A DNA stretch of 37,548 nucleotides, taken from positions 1-37,548 of IMG/VR virus record IMGVR_UViG_3300045988_026391. One strand, written 5' to 3'. Source of the DNA: a virus. The notes under the pieces were generated by a model, which was not told the origin of the DNA, ran no database searches, and worked only from the letters and a program-made list of their open reading frames with translations. This document shows, piece after piece, positions 1 through 8,234 of this stretch. Numbering within the stretch: position 1 is the first letter of the stretch; each line of letters opens with the position of its first letter. The position numbers were made by a program, and so were the translations under genes.

Positions 1-55
1 AAAGAGATTGATCAAGAAGGCAAAGATTACAGCTATATTTGGACGAAGACAGATG
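1..55. repeat. Terminal overlap: bases 1-55 are identical to 37494-37548, marking closure of a circular or circularly permuted genome
   Basis: Both ends read aaagagattgatcaagaaggcaaagattacagctatatttggacgaagacagatg. The frame of the ORF starting at 34758 is preserved across the junction. Confidence 0.9.
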
Positions 56-180
56 CTGACGGTGAGCCTGATGTGATTTGGAATCAAACGCATAGTTATT
101 CAACTAAAACAATCAAAATCACGCAGCAAGACGTATTTAGGCGTGCTCAATTTGAATGTAACGTTGCACCGTTAGGTTAA
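1..180 (+). CDS. 3' end (59 codons + stop) of the tail-associated lysin gene that starts at 34758 and wraps through the terminal overlap
   Basis: Frame 1 is open from base 1 to TAA at 178-180. Base 37548 is codon position 1 of the 34758 ORF, as is base 55 here. The sequence completes an Ig-like module (..WRGGKEIDQEGKDYSYIWTKTDADGEPD..RAQFECNV). Confidence 0.85.
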   Translation, partial: KEIDQEGKDYSYIWTKTDADGEPDVIWNQTHSYSTKTIKITQQDVFRRAQFECNVAPLG

Positions 181-221
181 TGTGATACAATAATAAAAGA
201 AGCAAGAAAGGTTTTTAAGAA

Positions 222-1349
222 ATGGGAATTATTTCATCTGGACAGATTACAATCACAGACTTGTCAGATGCGCCAGTCTTAAGCGCATTTATCACAGCAA
301 GTCAAACAACAACACAAGTATTTGACCAAACAGCCAATACTTACAACCCATCATACACAAGTACACCTCAAACATTAACGTTAAACTTGACCAAAGCAGG
401 TCAATCAACCTCAATTTTGGGGCAGGTTGGTAAGGTTTCTTGGTACGAATATAACGGATCTACTAAAACGGCCATTACAAGCACTACAAACACAGATAAC
501 CAGTATTTATCAGGTACGTATAATGAAGTATTGAATACTAAAGTAAATGTACCAGCCAGTGCAGGCGCTAAACGCTACGAAGCTGTTGGTACATGGACTG
601 ACCAAATTACTGGGTTGAAAGTTGATTTTCGTGCGACTATTGACTTATTGGTTGTTCAGCTTGGTAAACAAGCTCTTATTTTGAATGTGTATACGGGTAA
701 AGGTAATACATTTTATAATAATCAGCCAGCAAACTTGACAGTAAATGCTGACCTTTACAAAGGTAACGCGCTTTCAGGTGGTAACAAACAATTCAAATTC
801 TTTTATGCTGATTCAGCAGTAACAGGTTCAAGCTCGGCTGGTTATGATGCAGACGGTGGAATCGGTTGGCATTTGTGCTCATCTAACACTACTGGTCAAA
901 CTCCAAACGTTGCTGCAGATACTAACACGACCGCACAAGGAATTTTAACGGTTACTCCAGACGTGGTCATTAACTCCCAAACATTTAAAGTCGTATGTAT
1001 TGACCAAGACGGCGGGACTTCTGGGCAGAAAGCTATTGGAATTGCTACAATTCTTGACTTTTCAGACCCTGTTGTAGTTGTAGTAGAGTCGTCAGCTGGG
1101 GATACTTTCAAGAATTCAACTGGCTCAACAACGCTAAAAGCTCGACTTTATCGCAAAGGAGAAGAATTAGACGTTGACGGTACTAATACAAATTACACAT
1201 ATAAATGGTCAAGACGTGATAAAAACGGTACTTTAGATGCTAACTTTGGCGGAACAGGAAACCAGTACAAGCTTGGTAAGTCTATTGCCATTTCAGCAAG
1301 CAACGTTAGCGATAAAGCTGTATTTACATGCGAAGTCTTTGAAAATTAG
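222..1349 (+). CDS. Tail-tip/baseplate-associated structural protein built of three tandem Ig-like modules
   Basis: 375-aa ORF directly after Tal. Its C-terminal module (SSAGDTFKNSTGSTTLKARLYRKGEELD..YTYKWSRRDKNG..AVFTCEV) matches modules at the Tal C-terminus. The composition is T/S/N-rich and beta-type. Confidence 0.6.
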   Translation: MGIISSGQITITDLSDAPVLSAFITASQTTTQVFDQTANTYNPSYTSTPQTLTLNLTKAGQSTSILGQVGKVSWYEYNGSTKTAITSTTNTDNQYLSGTYNEVLNTKVNVPASAGAKRYEAVGTWTDQITGLKVDFRATIDLLVVQLGKQALILNVYTGKGNTFYNNQPANLTVNADLYKGNALSGGNKQFKFFYADSAVTGSSSAGYDADGGIGWHLCSSNTTGQTPNVAADTNTTAQGILTVTPDVVINSQTFKVVCIDQDGGTSGQKAIGIATILDFSDPVVVVVESSAGDTFKNSTGSTTLKARLYRKGEELDVDGTNTNYTYKWSRRDKNGTLDANFGGTGNQYKLGKSIAISASNVSDKAVFTCEVFEN

Positions 1350-1360
1350 GAGGTGTGAAT

Positions 1361-1591
1361 ATGATTAGAGCTGAATTAACACTAGGTGGACAACTTGAAG
1401 TTGTCAATTTTGATGTTGAAACAAAATCAGGAGCTATCGAGAAAGTTTGGAACACTTACGGATATTTAACAACAATCGAAAGATTAAGTGAGGTGGAAGA
1501 TGAAGCTGATAGCGTCAAATCAATTGACAGTGACGAACCTGCTGGAGCGAGCGGAGACGAGAAAGGAGACGTTTTACAAACTAACGAATAG
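1361..1591 (+). CDS. Small hypothetical protein (76 aa) with an acidic C-terminal tail; overlaps the next gene by 92 nt
   Basis: GGAGG at 1349-1353 lies 7 nt before ATG 1361. The last ~30 codons overlap the 1500 gene out of frame. Confidence 0.45.
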   Translation: MIRAELTLGGQLEVVNFDVETKSGAIEKVWNTYGYLTTIERLSEVEDEADSVKSIDSDEPAGASGDEKGDVLQTNE

Positions 1592-3449
1592 CGCTGACGT
1601 GCCAGAAGCCCCGAGCGGAAACAGAAACCTATACACTTTATCTAAAAATAATTCTATAGGCACAAATCACATCAGCGAATTTAGTCAAAATATTTCAACT
1701 GGCGAGATTAGTTTCAAAGTCTCTGGCGCAGACCCGTATTTCGGTGCTATAACCAATAAAGGTGATGCGTTTAGTTCATTTCGAGGTGTCAAAATACCTG
1801 TCAAAACTGGACAAGGGATTGCGGTTTATCTGACAAATGAACTATTCGTCAAAAATTTTGTAAGTTATTTTGGTTCAGATGATATAGCTGTTAAGAATTA
1901 CAAAGGTTATCAGAATAACAAGTTTGTAATTCCAGCTAGCGAACTTCAGGATGTTTCGTATGTAACTTTTCGTTTTGGTATTAAAGAAAATACGCAGCCA
2001 GTTGGAAGTGCGCACTTAACTAAAGTTAAAGTAGAATACGGGAATGAGTATACTGACTGGTCTCCAGCGCCAGAAGACCTTGGTTGGTCAATGGCTACAC
2101 TCGTACCAACACAACAACAGCGCTACCTCTGGAAATTTGAGTATATATATTACTCAGATGGCTCATTTGAAGTTACACAGCCAGTAAACCTATCAATCGC
2201 AGGCTCTGACGGCGCGCAAGGTATTCCTGGTCCAAAAGGAGAAGATGGGAAAATTCCATATATCCACTTCGCTTATGCTGATGACAATAAAGGTACTAAC
2301 TTCAGTTTAACCGATAATAACCAGCAATATCAAGGCTATTACAGCGACTACACGCAAACTGATAGTACAGACCCAACGAAATACAAATGGGTTGATAGGT
2401 TAGCCAATGTGCAGGTTGGTGGGCGGAATCTTTTTCTAAATTCAAAGTTTAATTTTGAGTTAACAAAGCAATATTCAACGTATTACATGGACGCAAGCCA
2501 ATCGCAAACACAAGGTCAATTGGCTCCAAGTATTGACAAAAATACAACTTTCAAAGGCGCAAATACCTTGAAGATTGTTTCAACGTTTAACGGTACTAGA
2601 AACAATCAAAAAATAACTTTTAGGACTGGAGGAGACGACAGGACTGGAGCCGTTGACGAAATGAAAAACCAAAGTGTTATGATGAGTTTCTGGGCTAAGT
2701 CAACGGTTGCAAATACGACTATGAGCTGGCGAACTGGCTTCCGCAGCCCAACTAGAGAATTATCAATCGGGACAGATTGGGCTTATTATAGCTTTCAGCT
2801 GATATCCCCAGAAAATAGTAACGCAACAAACGAAGCTATTTTACACATATGGACCGCTGCAACTGTTTGGGTAGCTTTCCCTAAGGTAGAGCGTGGGACA
2901 ATAAGCACTGACTACTCAGAGGCGGACGAAGACACACAAGAACAAATCGACAGCAAAGCAGACCAAGCTCTAACTCAAGACCAATTGAATGCGTTGGCTG
3001 AAAAGAACAACCTTATCAAAGCCGAGATGGAAGCCAAGGCAACCATTGACACTGTTAATCAATGGATTACAGCCTATCAAAACTACGTTAACGCTAACGA
3101 TGCAGACAAAGCTAGATCGGAACAAGCTTTGAAAGACGCTTCAGAACGAATCTTGGGGATTAGATATGAAGTCGATAATTTAAAAGTTGTTTGGGACGCA
3201 ATTGATACATACATGAGCTTTCAAAATGAAGGTCTAGTCATCGGAAAAAAAGACGGTTCGGCTTATGCTAAGTTTAGTGACGATAGAATCAGCTTGTTCT
3301 CTGGAAGTAGCGAGGTAATGTACATCTCACAAGGTACGTTAAACATTGCTAACGGTATTTTCACAAAAACTATTCAAATCGGACGTTTTCGTTTTGAAAC
3401 ACACCCAGCAGATGCAGATATGCTGGTAGTAAGATTCGTAGGAGGTTAA
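1500..3449 (+). CDS. Tail fibre / host-specificity protein with a short collagen-like stretch and a coiled-coil region
   Basis: ATG 1500 is preceded by GAGGTGG. There are six G-X-Y triplets (GSDGAQGIPGPKGEDGKI, nt 2202-2255) followed by IPYIHFAYADDNKGTNFS..YQGYYSDYTQTDSTDPTKYKW, a motif I recall from Gram-positive phage fibre and antireceptor proteins. Position is in the tail module. Confidence 0.65.
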   Translation: MKLIASNQLTVTNLLERAETRKETFYKLTNSADVPEAPSGNRNLYTLSKNNSIGTNHISEFSQNISTGEISFKVSGADPYFGAITNKGDAFSSFRGVKIPVKTGQGIAVYLTNELFVKNFVSYFGSDDIAVKNYKGYQNNKFVIPASELQDVSYVTFRFGIKENTQPVGSAHLTKVKVEYGNEYTDWSPAPEDLGWSMATLVPTQQQRYLWKFEYIYYSDGSFEVTQPVNLSIAGSDGAQGIPGPKGEDGKIPYIHFAYADDNKGTNFSLTDNNQQYQGYYSDYTQTDSTDPTKYKWVDRLANVQVGGRNLFLNSKFNFELTKQYSTYYMDASQSQTQGQLAPSIDKNTTFKGANTLKIVSTFNGTRNNQKITFRTGGDDRTGAVDEMKNQSVMMSFWAKSTVANTTMSWRTGFRSPTRELSIGTDWAYYSFQLISPENSNATNEAILHIWTAATVWVAFPKVERGTISTDYSEADEDTQEQIDSKADQALTQDQLNALAEKNNLIKAEMEAKATIDTVNQWITAYQNYVNANDADKARSEQALKDASERILGIRYEVDNLKVVWDAIDTYMSFQNEGLVIGKKDGSAYAKFSDDRISLFSGSSEVMYISQGTLNIANGIFTKTIQIGRFRFETHPADADMLVVRFVGG

Positions 3450-3450
3450 T

Positions 3451-5514
3451 ATGGCAACAGCAATTTTTAGCGGACAGTACGGCCACAATATGACGCTTGA
3501 AGTCTGGTCCGATTGGAACAGTCAAGATATAGCAAGCAATAGCTCTACAGTTAACGTGCAAGCACGACTTAGGACTAACAGTTATGCTAGTCTTTGGGGA
3601 GTGACAGCACCTGTTACGGTTACAGTAAATGGGAATAGCGATTCATTGAATGTACCTGTCAATATTGGTACAAACTCATCTTTTCTTTTCTACGGAAAGG
3701 ACTTCGTTGTTCCTCATAATTCTGATGGGACAAAAACAGCTGATATTAATATCTCTGTAGGTTTAAATGCTGGTGGTTATGGCAGCTCGACAGCTGCTTT
3801 CAGCTTGCCACTACCAACAATTCCCCGAGCTAGCACAGTTAATGACGTGGCTGGCACGCTTGGGAGTTCAATGACTATTAATATCAATCGTAAAAATGAT
3901 AGTTTTAAGCATACAGTAAAATATAATTTTGGTTCATTGTCTGGGACAATTGCAACGAACGTTGACACGTCTGTTAGCTGGATACCTCCAATTAATCTTG
4001 CTACAGCTATACCAAACAAAACAAGCGACTGGGGTAATATTACTGTAGAGACTTATAGCGGCTCTAGTAAGATTGGTACATCAACGTGCCGTCTTACTTT
4101 GAACGTTCCTGACAGCATTAAACCAACACTTGACAGTATAACGCTTACAGATAGCAATTCAACAGTTCAAAACCTATTAAATACAGCTAACACATTTGTT
4201 CAAATTATGTCAAATGTCCAAGTTGGATTCAGCGGTGCTAGTGGTGCTTACGGGTCTACTATTTCAAGTTATCGAGCCGAAATAGTAGGAAGAAATCAGA
4301 ATACAAATTCAAACAATGGTCTACTTGGGATGATGAACTTCAGTGGCTCGGTGACTATTCGGGCAACAGTAACAGATAGCCGTGGAAGAACATCTGACCC
4401 AGTTGACGTCCAAGCTACAGTACTTGAATATTTCACCCCGCAGTTGTCGTTCTCTGCAAGTCGTAGCGGTTCTTCTGGCACGACTGTTACCGTGGCTAGA
4501 AATACCAAAATAGCGCCTTTAACGGTCGGTGGTAATCAAAAGAACACAATGAAACTGACTTTCAAATACAAAGAGCATTCAGATACCAGTTTTACAACTG
4601 ACACAGGGAGCGCAGGAGGAACGTGGACTACTATAAGTAACTTAACTAATTCAAGTGCAAATTTAGGAGCTTCTTTCAGTGTTTTAAAAAGTTATGATAT
4701 CATCGGAACAATTGAAGATTCTTTTACAAGCTACGAATTTTTGATTACAATTGGAACTGAGAGCTTCCCGCTTGCTCTGAAAGTGGATAGAATGGGCCTC
4801 GGTAAGTTGCCAGAACAATCTGGGATCATCGATAGTGCTTGGCAATATTACTATGATAATAAACCAATCCAACACTATCAGCTAACAAGTAATGCTGGAC
4901 GTTCGCCTTATAATGCAACTGGTACAGTTGACTTGAATACAAAGACAATTAATAGCTTCTTTTCATGTAATTCACCTATTAATGGCCCAATTGTTGGAAC
5001 AGGTATGAATGAGTTTTATGTTTCAGTCTATTCAGAAAGCGACAACTATTTAGCACAGCAGCTGATTCAAAAAGGTAGCGGTCGTATGTTCACTAGGACA
5101 AGACATAATGGAACGTGGACAAACTGGATTGAATACGCACTGTTAAATAATGTAGCTAACTTCACTGCAGTCAATCAGACTAAAGTATATAGCAAAACAA
5201 TAGCTATGCCATACTCAAACACAGCAACCGTTACAAGAATTGGGAATCAAGTTCAATTTACTTGGAATAGAGCTATTTCAAATATTAGTGCACAGTACCA
5301 GTACGAGAGTGTTAACGAAACAGTCCCTCTCGGTTACAGACCTGCTAACGAAGCGCATATGACATTGAACGGGAACGCAGCTAAAAGCGTTGTTGGACGA
5401 TTTATTTTGCACATTGAGCAAAACGGGACACTCTTGTTAACAGGCGACAGCACAGGTAACTATGTGTGGACTGGTACAACCACTTATCTCACATCTGACC
5501 CATTCCCAAATTAG
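3451..5514 (+). CDS. Large distal tail protein; receptor-binding protein candidate
   Basis: 687-aa ORF with ATG 1 nt after the previous stop. It is the last big structural gene before the lysis cassette. The N-terminus (FSGQYGHNMTLEVWSDWNSQDIASNSSTVNVQARL) is reminiscent of siphovirus DUF859-type tail proteins (unverified recollection). The C-terminus is beta-rich. Confidence 0.55.
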   Translation: MATAIFSGQYGHNMTLEVWSDWNSQDIASNSSTVNVQARLRTNSYASLWGVTAPVTVTVNGNSDSLNVPVNIGTNSSFLFYGKDFVVPHNSDGTKTADINISVGLNAGGYGSSTAAFSLPLPTIPRASTVNDVAGTLGSSMTININRKNDSFKHTVKYNFGSLSGTIATNVDTSVSWIPPINLATAIPNKTSDWGNITVETYSGSSKIGTSTCRLTLNVPDSIKPTLDSITLTDSNSTVQNLLNTANTFVQIMSNVQVGFSGASGAYGSTISSYRAEIVGRNQNTNSNNGLLGMMNFSGSVTIRATVTDSRGRTSDPVDVQATVLEYFTPQLSFSASRSGSSGTTVTVARNTKIAPLTVGGNQKNTMKLTFKYKEHSDTSFTTDTGSAGGTWTTISNLTNSSANLGASFSVLKSYDIIGTIEDSFTSYEFLITIGTESFPLALKVDRMGLGKLPEQSGIIDSAWQYYYDNKPIQHYQLTSNAGRSPYNATGTVDLNTKTINSFFSCNSPINGPIVGTGMNEFYVSVYSESDNYLAQQLIQKGSGRMFTRTRHNGTWTNWIEYALLNNVANFTAVNQTKVYSKTIAMPYSNTATVTRIGNQVQFTWNRAISNISAQYQYESVNETVPLGYRPANEAHMTLNGNAAKSVVGRFILHIEQNGTLLLTGDSTGNYVWTGTTTYLTSDPFPN

Positions 5515-5530
5515 TAGAAAGGAAAAATAT

Positions 5531-5872
5531 ATGAAACTAAAATTTAGCTCAAAGTCTCAAGAATTTGAAGTTGATGGAACTGTCAAAGGTACAAAAGTGA
5601 TTTTATCAAATGACGATGGCGCAATCTATCCAGTTATGTTACCAGCTGACAAAATCGGCTTATCAAATAGCGAGCTGGAAAAGTTAGCACTTGACGTCAT
5701 TTATCAGGAAAACTTCCCGCAACGTGCTGAAAATGAGAAGTTCGCTGAAATTGCAAAAGATCTCACTAGCTACAAAGAGAATTCTGGAGTAGCACAAGCT
5801 ACTTTATTAGACGTTGTCACTCAACTTTACGACAAAGGGGTGCTGACTGATGAAACTACTGCACAAAATTAA
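5531..5872 (+). CDS. Hypothetical protein (113 aa) between the tail and lysis modules
   Basis: AAAGGA RBS precedes ATG 5531, in frame with track ORF 5462-5872. No motif recognised. Confidence 0.5.
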   Translation: MKLKFSSKSQEFEVDGTVKGTKVILSNDDGAIYPVMLPADKIGLSNSELEKLALDVIYQENFPQRAENEKFAEIAKDLTSYKENSGVAQATLLDVVTQLYDKGVLTDETTAQN

Positions 5873-5897
5873 AGACAAATTAGAAAGAGGAATAGAC

Positions 5898-6056
5898 ATG
5901 ATGATCAAACTTTACGCAATTAACGTTATTTCAGGAAACTACCAATACACCAAAATTCCAAAAGTGCTTAAACCAAAAGTAAAAGCGCAAATCGCTTTAA
6001 TGGTCGAAGATGACGAACTGTTAGCTGAATTGACTAAAGAATACGCCGCCGAATAA
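5898..6056 (+). CDS. Small hypothetical protein (52 aa) of the kind often found upstream of holins
   Basis: AGAAAGAGG lies 7 nt before ATG 5898 (the track start at 5850 has no RBS). The sequence KLYAINVISGNYQYTKIPKVLKPKVKAQI resembles small pre-holin phage proteins I recall (XkdX/CD1375-like), unverified. Confidence 0.4.
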   Translation: MMIKLYAINVISGNYQYTKIPKVLKPKVKAQIALMVEDDELLAELTKEYAAE

Positions 6057-6080
6057 CGGTTTAGGAAGCGAGAGGAGATT

Positions 6081-6305
6081 ATGCATGTTGAAATTTTAAC
6101 GGGAATATTCTCGTTGATTGCAAGCTTGGTTGGTACGTTTGGCGGTATTTTAACAAGTACAAAACTAACTAATTATCAAATCAACGAGCTTAAAAAACAG
6201 GTTGATAAACATAACAGTGTCATCGAACGTACCTTTAAGCTGGAAGAACACAGTAAGTATGTTGATGAACGCATTTCACGATTGGAAAGTGAGACTGAAA
6301 AGTGA
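6081..6305 (+). CDS. Holin-like / lysis-accessory membrane protein (one N-terminal TMD plus a coiled coil)
   Basis: A hydrophobic span (ILTGIFSLIASLVGTFGGILT) is followed by a charged heptad-like region. The gene sits immediately upstream of the holin and lysin. Confidence 0.5.
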   Translation: MHVEILTGIFSLIASLVGTFGGILTSTKLTNYQINELKKQVDKHNSVIERTFKLEEHSKYVDERISRLESETEK

Positions 6306-6499
6306 AAAAGTATTTTGAAAAGTTAGGAGTTAAGGTTTTGAAAACCATGGCACAATCAGCAGTTGGTGTCATTGGTGCCAGTACATTAATTAGTCAGGTG
6401 GATTGGAGGGTTGTTGTTTCAACCGCCCTCTTATCTGGATTAGTTTGTGTACTTACTAATTTGTCTGATTTGAAGGAGGAAGATATTAATGAAAATTAA
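6302..6499 (+). CDS. Holin (two predicted TMDs, charged C-terminus)
   Basis: 65 aa with TMDs [14 protein letters not shown] and [18 protein letters not shown] and the tail [11 protein letters not shown] start in a GTGA overlap with the upstream stop. It overlaps the lysin start by 11 nt. Confidence 0.65.
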   Translation: MKKYFEKLGVKVLKTMAQSAVGVIGASTLISQVDWRVVVSTALLSGLVCVLTNLSDLKEEDINEN

Positions 6500-7763
6500 A
6501 CGATTTTTAACAGGAGCACTTTTGAGTGTTAGCTTATTGTTCCAGTCTGTTGCTTATGCGGCTGTCGGGGATCAAGGTGTAGATTGGTCACGATACCAAG
6601 GCCCTAACGGTGTCTTCGGTTACGGTCATGATAAGTTTGCAATTGCTCAAATTGGCGGTGTTAACGGCGATGGAATTTACAAACAATCAACATATGAAAC
6701 GCAAGTGGCATCAGCAATTGCACAAGGCAAGCGTGCCCACACGTATATTTGGTACCAAGTTGGTAGCAATGCAAGCTTAGGTGAGCAAGTATTAAATACA
6801 TTTTTACCACAGGTTCAAACACCCAAAGGCTCAATCGTAGCGCTTGACTATGAAAGTGGTGCTAGCCCCGATAAACAAGCGAATACTAACGCAATTTTGC
6901 ATGGCATGCGTATGATTAAAGCTGCAGGTTATACACCAATGTATTACAGCTACAAGCCTTTCACGTTAGCTAACGTATATACGGATCAGATTATCCGTGA
7001 GTTCCCTAATTCGCTTTGGATGGCTGCGTACCCAAGTTACAATGTAACTCCAACACCAAATTATGACGTTTTTCCATCAATGGATGGGGTGTCTATCTAT
7101 CAGTTTACCTCGACTTATATCGCAGGAGGTCTTGATGGTAATATCGACCTAACTGGTATCACGGATAATGGTTATACCGCGAACAACAATCCAGCAACAC
7201 AAACGCCAGCAATTTCCCAAGGTCAACAAGCAGAAAGTACTCCTAATGCTGATATTGCTGTAGGAAACCAAGTAAAAGTCAAATTTAGCGCAAACGCATG
7301 GGCTACAGGACAAGCTATTCCAAGCTGGGTCAAAGGCCGAACATACAGCGTCGCACAAGTGTCTGGAAATCGTGTGTTGCTGGCGGATATTAATTCATGG
7401 ATCAACAAATCAGACACTGAAATTTCTTCAGTATCATCTGCACCAATTCAAGCCCCAGCTACTAGCACATATACAGTACGTTCTGGCGATACACTTTCTA
7501 GCATTGCTTCCAAATTTGGAACAAGCTACCAAGCGTTAGCAAGTTTGAATGGTATTTCAAACCCGAACCTCATCTTTGTTGGTCAAACCTTGCGTGTCAA
7601 CGGTTCAGCAAGTACTGGTTCAGTTTACTATACAGTGCGTGTTGGTGATAACTTGTCAGCAATTGCAAGTCGCTACGGAGTAAGCTACCAATCAATCGCA
7701 GCATTGAACGGGCTATCGAACGCCAATTTGATATTCCCAGGTCAAACGCTTAAAATTAAATAA
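6489..7763 (+). CDS. Endolysin: Sec-type signal peptide + GH25 muramidase + SH3b-like linker + 2x LysM
   Basis: The N-terminus [26 protein letters not shown] has n-, h- and c-regions and an AxA site. GVDWSRYQG and ALDYE fit GH25 motifs. Two LysM repeats are present ([43 protein letters not shown] and [43 protein letters not shown]). RBS is GAAGGAGG. Confidence 0.9.
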   Translation: MKIKRFLTGALLSVSLLFQSVAYAAVGDQGVDWSRYQGPNGVFGYGHDKFAIAQIGGVNGDGIYKQSTYETQVASAIAQGKRAHTYIWYQVGSNASLGEQVLNTFLPQVQTPKGSIVALDYESGASPDKQANTNAILHGMRMIKAAGYTPMYYSYKPFTLANVYTDQIIREFPNSLWMAAYPSYNVTPTPNYDVFPSMDGVSIYQFTSTYIAGGLDGNIDLTGITDNGYTANNNPATQTPAISQGQQAESTPNADIAVGNQVKVKFSANAWATGQAIPSWVKGRTYSVAQVSGNRVLLADINSWINKSDTEISSVSSAPIQAPATSTYTVRSGDTLSSIASKFGTSYQALASLNGISNPNLIFVGQTLRVNGSASTGSVYYTVRVGDNLSAIASRYGVSYQSIAALNGLSNANLIFPGQTLKIK

Positions 7764-7774
7764 ACACTTTAACA

Positions 7775-7805
7775 CCCCTAGTCTTTGATTACTAGGGGCT
7801 TTTTT
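7775..7805 (+). terminator. Rho-independent terminator after the lysin gene
   Basis: CCCCTAGT (7775-7782) pairs with ACTAGGGG (7791-7798) across an 8-nt loop, followed by C + T6 (7800-7805). Confidence 0.8.
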
Positions 7806-7813
7806 GGTATAAT
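7785..7813 (+). promoter_or_regulatory. Sigma-A-type promoter embedded in the lysin terminator (TTGATT-17-TGgTATAAT)
   Basis: -35 TTGATT at 7785-7790 (terminator loop), 17-nt spacer, extended -10 TG at 7805-7806, TATAAT at 7808-7813. Confidence 0.55.
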
Positions 7814-7819
7814 GAATAA

Positions 7820-7884
7820 GAGGAAACAAGACTCGACTCTTGGCTCATGATGAGTTTATGGCTAGCATTTGCTAGCCCTTTTTT
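7820..7884 (+). ncRNA. Candidate ~65-nt short transcript or attenuated leader, from the 7785 promoter to the 7860 terminator
   Basis: Predicted start is ~7 nt after the -10 and the end is at the T-tract of the second terminator. No ORF longer than 12 codons. Purely predicted. Confidence 0.3.
7860..7884 (+). terminator. Second rho-independent terminator
   Basis: GGCTAGC (7860-7866) pairs with GCTAGCC (7871-7877) across loop ATTT, followed by C + T6 (7879-7884). Confidence 0.7.
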
Positions 7885-7894
7885 GTGCAAAAAT

Positions 7895-8162
7895 AGACCA
7901 GCCGTTTGTGGTTTCGTACTGGTCATGACCAGCTAAATTAGTTAACCAGATAAGTAATGACCAGCAATTACGTGGTCAAAACCAGCTAATGACCATCTTA
8001 CGTGGTCACCTCAAAACGTTGATATATAAGGATTTTATAGCATATATTATATATATAACCATTAAAAATAATATATATTATATATTTATTTATTATATTT
8101 AATTATTATATATTGTTTTTATTTTATTTATATAGCGAAAAAATAAGTGGTTACATGGTCAT
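7895..8162 (+). repeat. Iteron / AT-rich / 16-mer module, copy A (paralogue of 18516-18870)
   Basis: Half-sites (A/T)GACCAGC at 7895, 7926, 7958 and 7979-7986 (AAACCAGC). Palindrome TGGTCATGACCA at 7920-7931. TGACCA-N9-TGGTCA at 7958-7978 and TGACCA-N7-TGGTCA at 7990-8008, both containing TTACGTGGTCA. About 110 bp of almost pure A/T with (TA)n at 8037-8146. GTGGTTACATGGTCAT at 8147-8162. Confidence 0.8.
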
Positions 8163-8205
8163 TTTATAAAAAAATAAAAAATTTTAAAAAAGTTTTATTT
8201 TTCTA

Positions 8206-8234
8206 TTGACTTATAACACAAGATGTTGTATACT
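8206..8234 (+). promoter_or_regulatory. Early promoter P1 (TTGACT-17-TATACT) with an upstream A/T tract
   Basis: -35 at 8206-8211, -10 at 8229-8234, followed by a 5' UTR ending in AAAGGAGAAAGAAATG. Confidence 0.7.

Noticed and set aside
1-55. The 55-bp identical ends as a biological direct terminal repeat
   Set aside because: The repeat lies in the middle of the Tal coding sequence and keeps its frame. An exact overlap of 55 bp, a commonly used assembler k-mer length, is the usual signature of a circular contig. A true short DTR cannot be excluded without read-end data.
961-970. An exact ACGTGGTCAT (iteron core) inside the 222-1349 structural gene, and a near match ACGTGGTCG at 11906-11914
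   Set aside because: These are isolated single copies in coding sequence, without the partner half-site or AT-rich context. They are probably chance, although a 10-mer match is expected only about 0.07 times in this length.
8037-8146. The AT-rich (TA)n tracts as a mobile-element end or packaging site
   Set aside because: There are no flanking target duplications, no transposase and no terminase-proximal position. Being paired with iterons in two copies points instead to unwinding or regulatory DNA.
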